Assembly (NCBI RefSeq): GCF_001194135.2
Contig: NC_068990.1
Coordinates: 76,206,852 to 76,270,851, forward strand
Source of the DNA: Octopus bimaculoides
Taxonomy: Eukaryota
DNA length: 64,000 nt
Direction: 5' to 3'
The notes under the pieces were generated by a model. That model was not told the DNA's origin, did no database searches, and saw only the letters and a list, made by a program, of their open reading frames with translations. Each line of letters starts with the position of its first letter. The stretch's first letter is position 1. Position numbers and translations under genes: made by a program. This document shows positions 1 to 11,960 of the stretch, piece by piece.

Positions 1-56
<56 letters not shown>

Positions 57-660
57 TGTATATGTATGTACGCACGTATGTATGTATGTATGTATGTATG
101 TATATGTATGCGACACCGTATGCATGTGTACGGATAGATGTATATGGACATGGCAGTGATGTTCGCTGTTACACAGAAATAAATATACGTTGAGGTTTTC
201 GTGTTTTATTTTACACTGGCGAACATTGCGTGAATGCCTGAGAGAGACTTTAACTTAAATATACTTCGATTATATAGTGAGACACAGGCATATATTTATA
301 TATCTTTAAATATATAAATACACGTTCACTTGGCGACATAGAGGCACATAGACACATACCTACACACCAAGATACACACACACACATATATATATAAACA
401 TACAAACCTATATATACTACGTGTGTGTAGTAATATGTATATCTATATATCTTTATATATACTACATTTATATGGGCATATGCATAGCATATATCAGCAT
501 ACACAAACATATTCATATATCGATATAGATAGATATAAGTATAGATATAGATATGTGTGTGTGTGTCTGTGTGTGTGTGTATACATATACAGACAGAGAC
601 ACACACATACTCATGCATATGAATATACGCACATACACTCACACATGTCTATATAAACAA
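1..660. repeat. Compound microsatellite block (TA)n, (TATG)n, (CA)n, (GT)n
   Basis: Visible directly; ORFs 250..642 and 423..656 are translations of these repeats. Confidence 0.95.
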
Positions 661-1080
661 ATTGTCGATGGAATGATGGATAAAATCAATATGTGTATAA
701 AAATATATATCTTTCTCTAGACAGAACTCCTAGACAAACATGTATATCTGCATATGCTACATTCGCCAGCCAGAATAAAGATATATGAAATATACTCATT
801 CATACAGCCACGTAATCAAGATAAACACCGAAAAATAATCTGCGCATATCAGCTTTTTGTGTTTACATACCTCACTCTATGCCACTCTATAAATTTCGGC
901 TAGCCATCCAGTTATCCATCCATCAATCTTCTCTGCCCACTATTCTTGAAAGGGGCATGAGGTTAGAGTCTTCAGGCGTCTTTTCTTTAGGATCCTATCA
1001 GAGGCAACCGCCATCAGACTTTCAGACCTGACGAACTGATTCAATATATTTTTAAGGTTTTCTCCTCGAATCATACCGAC

Positions 1081-1290
1081 TGATAAGGGCCGGTTTCCCG
1101 GTTTCCATGGTGTGTATACTCCCCACTTGAATGGGATGTCGATCCGTCGCAGGATTACTCAATTTTGCCAGCTGAGTGGACTGGAGCAACATGAAATGAA
1201 GTGTTATGATCAAGAACACAATGCGTTGCCCAGTCCATGAAACGAAACCACAATCTTACGATCATGAGTCCAACACGCTAAACACTAATT
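1081..1290 (-). mobile_element. tRNA-derived SINE, family C
   Basis: Reverse complement of the 1742-2000 copy: tRNA-like head, then ttgtgttcttga..aacacttcatttcatgttgctccagtccactcagctggcaaaa. Confidence 0.85.
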
Positions 1291-1317
1291 CATTCGCCTC
1301 CACTATCTTCGTCAATG

Positions 1318-1656
1318 GATATTATCCAATCATCTCGCTATTGGTCAACTTGTAAGTCTCCTACCGGTTGGCCTGGTTTGAAGAATCTCTCTTGAGATTC
1401 TTTCTTGCGGATTTCTATTTATATGTCCGCAGTACCCGAGCTGTGACTTCTCAATGCAGAGAAATAGCCGCTCGACCCGGAGAGACACCACTGTCTCCAA
1501 ACCACGCATCCAAATAAGTAACATCAGTCCAGAGATCCTTCAGAGGATCTCCATTTTAGCAGCTTGCATATGCAGTCGTACACTTTCACTCATTGCCCAA
1601 CAACCAGAACCATAGGTGAGGACAGACTCAAAAATTGAACTAAAGATAGCGGATTT
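1318..1656 (-). pseudogene. RTE-clade LINE ORF2 C-terminal fragment
   Basis: Manual translation KSAIFSSIFESVLTYGSGCWAMSESVRLHMQAAKMEIL*RISG...IEKSQLGYCGHINRNPQERISREILQTRPTGRR..*PIAR*LDNI matches the RTE C-terminal signature (LxYGxExW...RWxGHvxRM...GxRxxGRPxxRWxD); contains in-frame stops. Confidence 0.8.
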
Positions 1657-1741
1657 GCTTTCTGTAGCAATCTTGGATATAATATTGAAAATACCAGATA
1701 TGAAAGGAGAAATATATGCTCTTCATATGTAGCATGGATGT

Positions 1742-2000
1742 GGAGGCGCGTGGACTAGTGGATAGGGTATCAGCACCGTGATCGTAAGATTGTGGTTTCG
1801 ATTCCTGGACCGGGCGACGCGTTGTGTTCTTGAGCAAAACACTTCATTTCACGTTGCTCCAGTCCACTCAGCTGGCAAAAGTGAGTAACGCTGCGATGGA
1901 CTGGCGTCCCGTCCACCTGGAGAACACATACGCCATTGAAACCAGGAAACCGGGCCCATGAGCCTGGCTAGGCTTTAAAAGGGCGCATTTATTTTATTTC
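1742..2000 (+). mobile_element. tRNA-derived SINE, family C
   Basis: A-box-like tggactagtgg, B-box-like gtttcgattcc, body cttgagcaaaacacttcatttcacgttgctccag, (ATTT)n tail. Confidence 0.85.
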
Positions 2001-2283
2001 ATGTGTAGCATGGACGTATTTTTGTGAAAGTTTGGAATTGTAGAGCACTGTTTTGTAATATATTCACACCCCCAAATGACAATAAGTGAAAATCGGGACA
2101 ATTTAACTCAGTTTATGTATGTTATTTTACCAACTTCTCTCTCTCTCTCTCTNNNNNNNNNNNNNNNNNNNNNNNNNNNNNNNNNNNNNNNNNNNNNNNN
2201 NNNNNNNNNNNNNNNNNNNNNNNNNNNNNNNNNNNNNNNNNNNNNNNNNNNNNNNNNNATATATATATATATATATATACATA

Positions 2284-2333
<50 letters not shown>

Positions 2334-2559
2334 CATATATGCGGACATATATACTGGTGACAAATGAAAGAATGTATCACACAACATATTTGTTAGGAGT
2401 TACCGAACAACAACATGGTCCACAGAGATATCAATAAGTAATAAGAACTGAAGCTACTATTGTAATCATTGATGGAAATTTGCTCTTAACAAGAATATTT
2501 CGAGACGACAGCTTACTCGTAATGTATTTCGTCCGAGCAATGAATCTTTTGACAGCCCT

Positions 2560-3655
2560 GTTAAAGAAATGCAACAATTAATGTCAGAATCTGCAGTGGA
2601 AAGGCAATTAATGTCACCCCTTTTAGTTAATGATCTTAACACCTATATTCGAGTAATATTTTCGACGCCAAAATACAATTAGAACTGTTCGCTACCTTCT
2701 CGTGAGACATAAACGGAACTTCGGCCAAAGCAAATGTTCATATTTGGTAGTCAAACGAAGAAAGATTGTTGGCCAAGCCAGAAACATGGATAGCAATACT
2801 CTTTCCATCTCCTGCATTACAGTCGGTGAACGGTACAAAAGCATCAGAATCAGTTAAATTATTCCATATGTTGAAACTGTGAGTAAAACTAGAGTGAGAA
2901 AAGAATACACCAGCAGAGTTCAGAAGGTATCAAAATCTGATCGATCTGCATTTAGCATAACAATTCTTCGACGAAGCTTTCGCTTGTACCAACAATTGGA
3001 GTACTAAACTGGACACTTGCAAAACTCCGCATCATTGACATTAGGACTAGGCCGATACTAACAGCCATTTGTAACTGTCACATCAAGAGCGACACTGACA
3101 GGATCAATGTTAAACGGAGGGATGGCAGTAATGGCATACGATCAGACCGGGCAAACTTTGAATGCTGCATCACTTAGACAACCTTCACTGAACAGAAAAG
3201 TGAGAAACGAGTGCATTATGCATATACTCAACAGCAAATGTTATAGCCTCATGATATTAGACGAAGAACTCCTGAGTAACTACCATGTAATCCACGGGTA
3301 GCTCGACTGACCTGTTAAACAAAATTGTTAACAGAATGATGAATAACTTTCAATATAATACACAGAATCCCAACGGTAGTTATGCATGGATACGTATCCC
3401 GTAATTAGAGAAAAGGAAGAAATCTATGGCGAATTAATGAGAAACCTATAGCTTCCACATCAAGGCTATAGATTTTTATTTGCACCTAGCATTATGAGCA
3501 TACTGAACTACGTAACAACACATCTGCACAAAGACCTAGAAGTGCCGATGTTCTCCTCAAACGAACGGAAGAAACTGATTCGCATTTTCGAAACACAATT
3601 GATTAGAGGTACAATGAAAAGTTGCAAAACATTCCAGGAATTGTGTATTTAAAGT
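2560..3655 (+). pseudogene. Degenerate R4/Dong-clade non-LTR retrotransposon (3' part of RT to C-terminus)
   Basis: Frameshifted peptides FLVNDLNTY (FVDDLKxY motif), AKIQLELFATFS*DI, FGQSKCSYLVVKR, KTRVRKEYTSRVQKV, GVLNWTLAKLRIIDIRTRPILT...HIKSDTDRINVKRRDGSNGIRS, ETQLIRGTMKSCKTF. Confidence 0.75.
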
Positions 3656-3711
3656 TCCTAAATTAAACATATGCACACACAAACACACGCACACACATGC
3701 ACACACACATA

Positions 3712-3959
3712 TTGGGTTGGTGCATAATTATTGCGGCTTTTATTCAACAGATTTTATTCAACAAAAACAATAACAATATTTAACAAAAATATCTTTAAAT
3801 GACGGTCTGATCGTCTGTTAAGCAAATGGGAAGCAATAATTAAAGTAGATGGTGAATATGCTCCGGAATAATCATTTAAAGATGTTTTTGTTACATGTTA
3901 TTGTTTTTGTTGAATAAAATTTGTTGAAAAAAAGCCGCAATAACTATGCACCAACCCAA
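3712..3959 (+). mobile_element. Mariner-derived MITE with about 90-bp inverted repeats
   Basis: TA-ttgggttggtgcataattattgcggc...gccgcaataactatgcaccaacccaa-TA; TIR resembles the Hsmar1/MADE1 type; centre encodes DRLLSKWEAIIKVDGEYAPE* (mariner C-terminus). Confidence 0.9.
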
Positions 3960-4146
3960 TATATTTTTATATGCCTGCATAAATGGAATATACACATGAA
4001 CACATATGTAGGCACACGCGAATAGTTTCAGATAACTGTAATTCCAAAGAGCTAACATAACTTAATAAAGGAGCCTTGCCACTTCGTTAGAGACAATCTT
4101 GCATTCTATAAATGAAAATAAATTAATACATAAATAAATGAATACA

Positions 4147-4197
<51 letters not shown>

Positions 4198-4269
4198 ACA
4201 CATATGTATGTACAATCGAAAATGTCAGCTAACCTGCGAATATGACTATTCCTTCCAACATCAAGATGG

Positions 4270-4662
4270 AGCTTCCATATTTGGGTTTCAAAACCATACC
4301 AGCCACAGAACTAGACGCCACCGCATAGTACCACGGATTCCATCGCCTCTAATTAGAGTAAGTATTGTAACTTAGGTTTCAAAGGCCTACAACTTTTCAA
4401 CACCCTAAAAAAACAGCCTGAGGGACCTGTGAGATATAGATGTGGATGTTTTCAAAGAAATTTTGAACAAATTTCTATTATCTGATGTACCAAGTGAACT
4501 CCCATCGCGGAAGTAATCACAAAGAAGAATATCTCTGTCCCACTCGCAACTTTCGGAGAGAAAACCAGGAAGTGAGTGTGAAATATAACCAATCACACTA
4601 AAGGCGGTACCCCAGCATGACTACAGTTTCTGACTGACACCAACAAAAGCCAAAGCAAAAAG
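4270..4662 (+). pseudogene. 3' end of a CR1/L2-group LINE (ORF2 C-terminus plus 3' UTR)
   Basis: Frameshifted HRTRRHRIVPRIP / KYCNLGFKGLQLFNTL / SLRDL*DIDVDVFKEILNKFLLSDVP resembles the GPxLFNxLP..LR..VFK..LD..L..VPDEP signature; ends in ctaaaggcggtaccccagcatgactacag..tgactgac. Confidence 0.7.
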
Positions 4663-6633
4663 CTACTTTGAAATCAGCAGATTTCCTACCTTGACTATAA
4701 ATTCACATTTGGTATCAATATTTAGTGCTGCGCTATTCTAATAAAAGTTTGGGTGAGAACTTTAAAAAGCTAGGATTCTGAAGCAAAGTAATGTAGCTAG
4801 CAAGCATGCATCTAGAAATACATTTTGCAATCGGAACAGTAAAGATATCCGAGACTTTTCCTCCGAAGTTAAACATGTAACGCTTTCTTCTGCTGTCGTC
4901 CAAAATCTAAGTATGGAACTTTGTTTCTTTCATAGGAACTGGCTACTTTCTGGTGAGAAAGCAGATAATTGGGGGGGAAAAAAAAGACCGAGACATACGT
5001 AAAGACAGACACACCTATACATACAAACATTCACAATACATACCTATACACATAAAGCTATAGTTGCTGGTAATAGAAATATATAGGAATATATTGGCAA
5101 TGTTGTTGAATTCACAACACATTACCACGTGGCAATTCTATAAACTCCAACAAAACTTAATTAAAAAAAAGGAAGGAAAAGAAAAGCAGAATTTCTGTAC
5201 ACGTATCGTAATTTTCAGTTTAGTATGTTTTCCGTATTGTTGTTCTTGTTATTCTTGTTGTTGGAATGGTGGTGGTTTTAATTTCAGACACTAATTCCAC
5301 AGTTTATATGTCGACTATTATTTTTTTCACGCCAAGCCCACCCAACATTCTGTGCTTATATCTTGTCTGGTTCGTGTCTCCAATCATTAATATAATAAAA
5401 CGTCATCAGCATATGTCTGTTCCCATGACATTAAAAATCTATATTAATAACGTATACATGTATGTATATATTGTATAACTTTATATATATATATATATAT
5501 ATATNNNNNNNNNNNNNNNNNNNNNNNNNNNNNNNNNNNNNNNNNNNNNNNNNNNNNNNNNNNNNNNNNNNNNNNNNNNNNNNNNNNNNNNNNNNNNNNN
5601 NNNNNNNNNNNNNNNNNNNNNNNNNNNNNNNNNNNNNNNNNNNNNNNNNNNNNNNNNNNNNNNNNNNNNNNNNNNNNNNNNNNNNNNNNNNNNNNNNNNN
5701 NNNNNNNNNNNNNNNNNNNNNNNNNNNNNNNNNNNNNNNNNNNNNNNNNNNNNNNNNNNNNNNNNNNNNNNNNNNNNNNNNNNNNNNNNNNNNNNNNNNN
5801 NNNNNNNNNNNNNNNNNNNNNNNNNNNNNNNNNNNNNNNNNNNNNNNNNNNNNNNNNNNNNNNNNNNNNNNNNNNNNNNNNNNNNNNNNNNNNNNNNNNN
5901 NNNNNNNNNNNNNNNNNNNNNNNNNNNNNNNNNNNNNNNNNNNNNNNNNNNNNNNNNNNNNNNNNNNNNNNNNNNNNNNNNNNNNNNNNNNNNNNNNNNN
6001 NNNNNNNNNNNNNNNNNNNNNNNNNNNNNNNNNNNNNNNNNNNNNNNNNNNNNNNNNNNNNNNNNNNNNNNNNNNNNNNNNNNNNNNNNNNNNNNNNNNN
6101 NNNNNNNNNNNNNNNNNNNNNNNNNNNNNNNNNNNNNNNNNNNNNNNNNNNNNNNNNNNNNNNNNNNNNNNNNNNNNNNNNNNNNNNNNNNNNNNNNNNN
6201 NNNNNNNNNNNNNNNNNNNNNNNNNNNNNNNNNNNNNNNNNNNNNNNNNNNNNNNNNNNNNNNNNNNNNNNNNNNNNNNNNNNNNNNNNNNNNNNNNNNN
6301 NNNNNNNNNNNNNNNNNNNNNNNNNNNNNNNNNNNNNNNNNNNNNNNNNNNNNNNNNNNNNNNNNNNNNNNNNNNNNNNNNNNNATATATATATATATAT
6401 ATATATATACGCATATACATATCTCTGAATACAGTTTTAAACATACAAACGCCGCACATACACACACACACATAGACACACACACACAAGTATACATATA
6501 CACACACAGGGGGGCACACATATCTTCATATCTTTAATTAAATCATTTAAATATAAAGATAAATGTGTGTGTGTTTGTGTGTGTGTATGTGTGCGTATTA
6601 ATATAGGTAAATGCATATAGAATTAATGTCCAG

Positions 6634-6671
<38 letters not shown>

Positions 6672-7286
6672 GCACATGACTGCATACATACACCCATACA
6701 CACACACACATATATATATGTATGCGTGCGTGTGTTTATGTAAGTTCGTGTGCGTCAGGAAGAAAACGAAAGGGAGTAATAGTGCGTGTGCGTGCGAATT
6801 TGTAGCCTGACAACACATATATGAGACAATGAAAGCAAGTCGTCGTAGTATAGCACGGTCGACAACACATGACCTGAGGAGGTCAGAATGAAAGGAAAGA
6901 AAAGCAATATGGTTTCTCCCAAAGCAAGTAGAAATTTTAATTAGGGCCATAGTGTTTGTCTGTAATTATTTAACATCAAATGGTGATAAAATTAATTCTT
7001 TACAGGCGTCCACTTTCATTAAGCCAAATAAACAAACAACTTATTTGTTAATATCTAATATATAGTGGGTATAATTTATGATTAGTAATGATAATATATA
7101 CACACACACTCCCATACGCACATACACACACACACACACTTGCACATACATACATACGCACATGTAAGAGAATCTCTATTGATTTTCTATAGGATTTAGA
7201 GCCAGCACTGAAAGTTACGGCGTTTCGTATACGAATACGCCCATGTAAACAATACAGTCGAAGGTAGAAAAAAATTGCTAATGGAT

Positions 7287-7327
7287 GTAGATGCATATTT
7301 CAGGAGTTATTACTCCTTCTTCAGTAC
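7287..7327 (-). ncRNA. Minimal type-I hammerhead ribozyme motif with intact catalytic core
   Basis: Minus strand reads GTA-CTGAAGA-AGGAGT-aata-ACTCCT-GAAA-T-atgc-A-TC-TAC: full core, 6-bp stem II, AUC triplet, stem I only 3 bp. Confidence 0.65.
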
Positions 7328-7549
7328 CGGAGCCAACCCATTAACTATTCAGGAATACATTGCTTAAATAGCCACTATTTTTAGCGTGTAACATGATTGG
7401 ATAGAACAATTTTACATATTAAACACATGTTACACATGTTAATTTGTGGTAGAGACACCGTAGTTCAGCGACCATAATGTTATGGTTGCAAAACGAAATG
7501 CAATGTCCGTACCAGCAGTGTAGCTGTGTGGTAACAAGTTTCCATCCCA

Positions 7550-7614
<65 letters not shown>

Positions 7615-7889
7615 GAATGTAATATATACGGACACGTATTCTATAACTCAGTATGACCGAACTTCCCGTAATCCAAATGTCTTATATTCTTCGTCAATCA
7701 TCTTTGATATTATCTATGCATGTCATTCAATTTTGTGAACATTTAATCATGTAAACATGTTTTCTACTTCGCAATCTTAAATTGTTAAAATCCCATTGTT
7801 TTATATACGTTTATACCAAAGAATAACAAAAAAATGTTGAAACTAGTTTAGTATGTATGTAAATAAATTTATTTAAAAGCAATTTTTAA

Positions 7890-10800
7890 TTCAGGTGCAT
7901 TTTCAAAAACAAACTCTTCTTTATTTTTCCTGCGTGGAAATACACCCTTTCTTTCCTCATATGTCTACCGTGCAAGAAACGAAAATGCCATCCAAACACA
8001 TGCACCAGGATAACACGACACTCGACAAAATCCCATGTGAACTCCAAGTCATCAACTCAAAACTCACTCTCCTAACAAACTCGATAAAACATTGCGACTG
8101 CAAACAAATATGCCAGGAAAAGAATGATCCCTACAGACAGAAATTAGTGAAACCCTCAACAAAATCTGTAAATTTTTTGAAACCTCATTAATGCATAAAT
8201 CTGTAAATAACCCAAATCCTAAAAAGGAAAAAGTAACTTCAACTGTCAACAGCCATCCGATATCAAGAAATCTCTACTTCAAGCATGGGCCAAAAATTGT
8301 AAAAGCCGTAAATTCGCTTTCTGGAACATGTATAGCAGATATACGAGAGATGGCTCAACTCAACTTCCTATATTCTCCCTCTGAAAGCTGCAAATTAAAG
8401 CCATCCCCGATGAACCAGTAAAACAGAGAAAACTTAAGGAAAAAATTATTCTGGAGAACTTCAAAATGGAGATGGAACTACTGAAACTCAGAGCTCAATC
8501 CCACCAAGAAAAGATTAACTCAATTGATTAAGAGATGGAGGCTGAAATTGCGAAAAAAGCTGGAGAACTTTTTGACATCATCCTACTCTGGAGACAGAAT
8601 TGTGTGAACGAGGAAATCATTTCACTTTGATGATGGGAAAAAGCCACGATTGGTTTAATCATTATGAGGTAAAACTCAAGGAGGAATACCAATCTGATAG
8701 CACTTTCTTGGAAAAAATTTAAAATTACGAAACCCGCACAACCAGAGGTAAGTCACTACCGCAAAAATACCCGAATGCCCATCTAGAACAAAGAATAACC
8801 AATACGCTCTCCAGAGCACCATCGAATAACACACCCACTCAAAGATACACAAAGCACTCTAACCCCAGGAACTCTCCATGTCCCAGACGTAACTTCTTCG
8901 TGAATGACTTTTTCAGACAGGACAATAGGAGAAATAGGAACTACCCACGTCCGATAACATCTCACGCAATGAAGACTTCGAACAGGACAAAAGGAAAAAT
9001 AGTAACTCCTCTCGCTTGAGACTTACCTTCCACAATGACCACCTCGTCCAAACCCACAATAGATCAAATTTTAATGGAATGACAATCAACAAGAGTACTA
9101 ATTCGATACATCAAAAATCAAGGAAGCATTTTTCAGGCAAATTGGGCCAAAATCGGTACACTCGATGGCACCAATCAGAAGTGAGATCCCGAAGATTATA
9201 AATCTCTCACGTAAATCTTTTCAAACCAATAAATCAAGATGCTTGCAAAAGGACTGAAGTTCAGCCCAGCACCACAAAAATCGTGCCTAAATGAGATACA
9301 AAATGATATCCAGGAATTCTGTAGAAAACTACGTGTTACCGAAGAACTATTTGATAAAGAAACTAATGATCACTCAATACTTCATAATAAAACTAACTAC
9401 TGTCCGACAAAAGGAAGAAATAAAACTCTGGATAAATTTTGTGATTTGGGATCCAATTATCCTTATAGTTTACTCCCACTTCGAAAATGTAAAACAAATA
9501 CAGTTCAAGAAGAATGGGAAAAAATTAATGATCTCAAGGAAGATCATAATATGATTATAAAAGAAGCCGATAAAGTGGGTGCTGTAGTAATCATGGACTC
9601 AGAAAAATACATAAACACCACCCTAATCCTCCTTCAAGAAAAACCTACTACGAAAAACTCAACAACTACAGACAGTCCAAGATAAAGGCAAAACTTACTA
9701 CCCTTATCCATAAGTTCCGACAAGATTTAACGGAAAAGGAGAGAGATTACTTAACTAGATTTGACTGTAAAACCAGAAACTTTTACGGACTTCCCAAAAT
9801 CCACAAAAGTGGAGCCATAAACGAAGCCTGTAACAAATGAACTTCTTTAGTCGTAAATATTCCACATCCGAGAGATCTCAAAACGAGACCAATTGTGGCT
9901 GGTCCCTCGTGTGAGACACACAGACTTAGTAGCATTATGGATATCCTTCTAAAACCTACAACATATACCGAACTTTATAAGGGATGATCTGGACGTTTTA
10001 AACCAGCTCCCGAACAAAACCAGCAAGGACGCCCTTCTGGTTTCATTCAATGTAATAAGCCTCTACACTTCGATTCCTCACGAAAACTGAATAAAATTCT
10101 GGCTAGAAAAATCCCTAAATGGCATTCCTGACCGAATCGGAAAACAACTCATCATTGAAGGAATAAAATTAACCCAACAGAACAACTTCTTCAACTTCAA
10201 CGAGAACACCTACAGACAAAAATCGGGTACTACGGCGGGAACGAGGGTAGCCCCAACTTTTGCTAAACTTGTCATGACACGGTTGGATGTCCAAATATAC
10301 GAGCACGCTAGACTGAAATTTGAAGACAGCTTCCAGCACTACTTACTCACCAACTGGAAACGCTACCTGGACGTTTGTTTCCATCTGTGGTTGCATAAGC
10401 TTGAGCAACTCTTAGAATTTAAAAAACTTAATCAACAGCATTAACCATAATATCCAATTTACAAGGCAATACAGCCACAAATAGTTACCCTTCCTGGGCA
10501 ACTTATTCATAAAATGAAATTGAAACCGACAGCTACTTCAAACCAACGGACTCAAAACAATATCTTCTATTTTCTGCCTGCCACCCAAAACATACTAAAA
10601 TCAATATACCGTCCAACTTGGCAAGAAGAATTTGCATCAAATCTCGAAACCCGAGATAAACGATTCCAAGAACTTAAAAACACATTACTAGAAAGAAAAT
10701 ACCCGGTTAGTTTAATCAAAAAGGGAATAGAACGCGCAAAAACGATAGACAACCAAGAAAATCCTAAAACCTTATCTTACGTATCAACACACAATCCGAG

Positions 10801-10970
10801 GAAGATGGAAATATACAACATCATCCATCAAAACATACTCCTCCTTACAAATGACCTCCTCCTCTTTTGTTATAAATTCAAATATAAAGTTTCGCTTTTG
10901 TGCTTTTTCGCTACAAATAACCAAAGCACTGAGGAGTTGAAACCAAACGAAACATCATGGCTGCTACTCC
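7890..10970 (+). mobile_element. Penelope-like retroelement (PLE), decayed; RT present, GIY-YIG domain not found
   Basis: LAKGLKFSPAP; IIKEADKVGAVVIMD; FYGLPKIHK (9781); RPIVAGP; LVSFNVISLYTSIPH; YRQKSGTTAGTRVAPTFA; WKRYLDVCF; LPFL; LKNTLLERKYP. Many stops and frameshifts; hammerhead-like motif at the 3' end. Confidence 0.9.
10925..10965 (+). ncRNA. Minimal hammerhead motif at the PLE 3' end (U16.1>G mutant)
   Basis: AGCA-CTGAGGA-GTT-gaaacca-AAC-GAAA-CATCATG-GC-TGCT. Confidence 0.6.
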
Positions 10971-11014
10971 TTTGATATTACTTAGGAACTCGGCTCAATT
11001 CGTATTTACACTCA

Positions 11015-11465
11015 ACTCTTTTACTCTTCTACTTGTTTCAGTCATTTGACTGTGGCCATGCTGGAGCACCGCCTTTAGTCGAGCAAATCGACCCCAGGAC
11101 TTATTGTTTGTAAGCCTAGTACTTATTCTATCGGCCTCTTTTGCCAAACCGCTAAGTTACGGGGACGTAAACACACCAGCATCGGTTGTCAAGCAATGTT
11201 GGGGGGGGGACAAACACAGACACACAAACACACAAACTCACACACATATACATACATATACATATATACGATGGGCTTCTCTCAGTTTCCGTCTACCAAA
11301 TTCACTCACAAGGCTTTGTTCGGCCCGAGGCTATAGTAGCGGACACTTGCTCAAGGTGCTACGCCGTGGGACTGAACCCGAAACCATATGGTTGGTAGGC
11401 AAGCTACTTACCACACAGCCACTCCTGCGCCTTGTTACTTACCCCACAGCCATTCCTGCGCCTAT
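11015..11465 (-). mobile_element. tRNA-derived SINE, family A (CORE-like), full length
   Basis: Reverse complement of the 18156-18553 copy; internal CA/TA microsatellite; partial 5' head duplication at 11435-11465. Confidence 0.95.
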
Positions 11466-11764
11466 AAACTCAACGTCTATGAAGAGAAATTAAATATTTT
11501 TGCGAGAAACACCCTCAAGTAAATACCTGCTGCCTTCTACTGCGCGAGCACTATCAAAAATAAACACATCTTTATTTTCATCCGCGTTGCTTCTTTCACT
11601 TATACTAAACAATCTTCAATTTAGCAAGCCTGAGGACACAACCATGTACATTGTTTACTTTTCGTTTGCTCGTGTATAGGAAAACAAATTCCAGCTTAGA
11701 TGCAAATGAGTAAGGTGGTTTCTACAACTGAATAGGCAAAATCACACCTAAATGTTAACGGAAT

Positions 11765-11960
11765 TTTTTTTGCCGAACTGCCAAGTTACGGTGGTGGTGG
11801 ACAAAGATGAACAGAGACACGTACATATGTACGTATGTACGTATGTATGTATGTATGAATCCACTCGAGGTTTTGGTCGACCCTGATCTATTATAGAAGA
11901 CATTTCACTAGGTTCAGTGAGGCCGGATCGAAGGCTGCATGGTTGGGAAGCAAGCATCTC
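11765..11960 (-). mobile_element. Family A SINE, degenerate
   Basis: gaatccactcgaggttttggtcgacc..tatagaagac..ggttgggaagcaagc aligns by eye with family A. Confidence 0.7.

Noticed and set aside
1742-1815. tRNA-like A/B boxes here and in all SINE heads
   Set aside because: They do not close a cloverleaf and continue into SINE bodies, so they are SINE promoters, not tRNA genes.
5431-6521. Long ORFs (300+ aa) here and at 13158, 14883, 20152, 21843, 59684 and 61857
   Set aside because: They are open only because they read through N-gaps and dinucleotide repeats (YI/CV/HT runs).
7815-7856. Hammerhead-like ccaaaga..aac/gtt..GAAACTAGTT upstream of the PLE ORF
   Set aside because: Two core substitutions and almost no stem I; this could arise by chance in AT-rich DNA.
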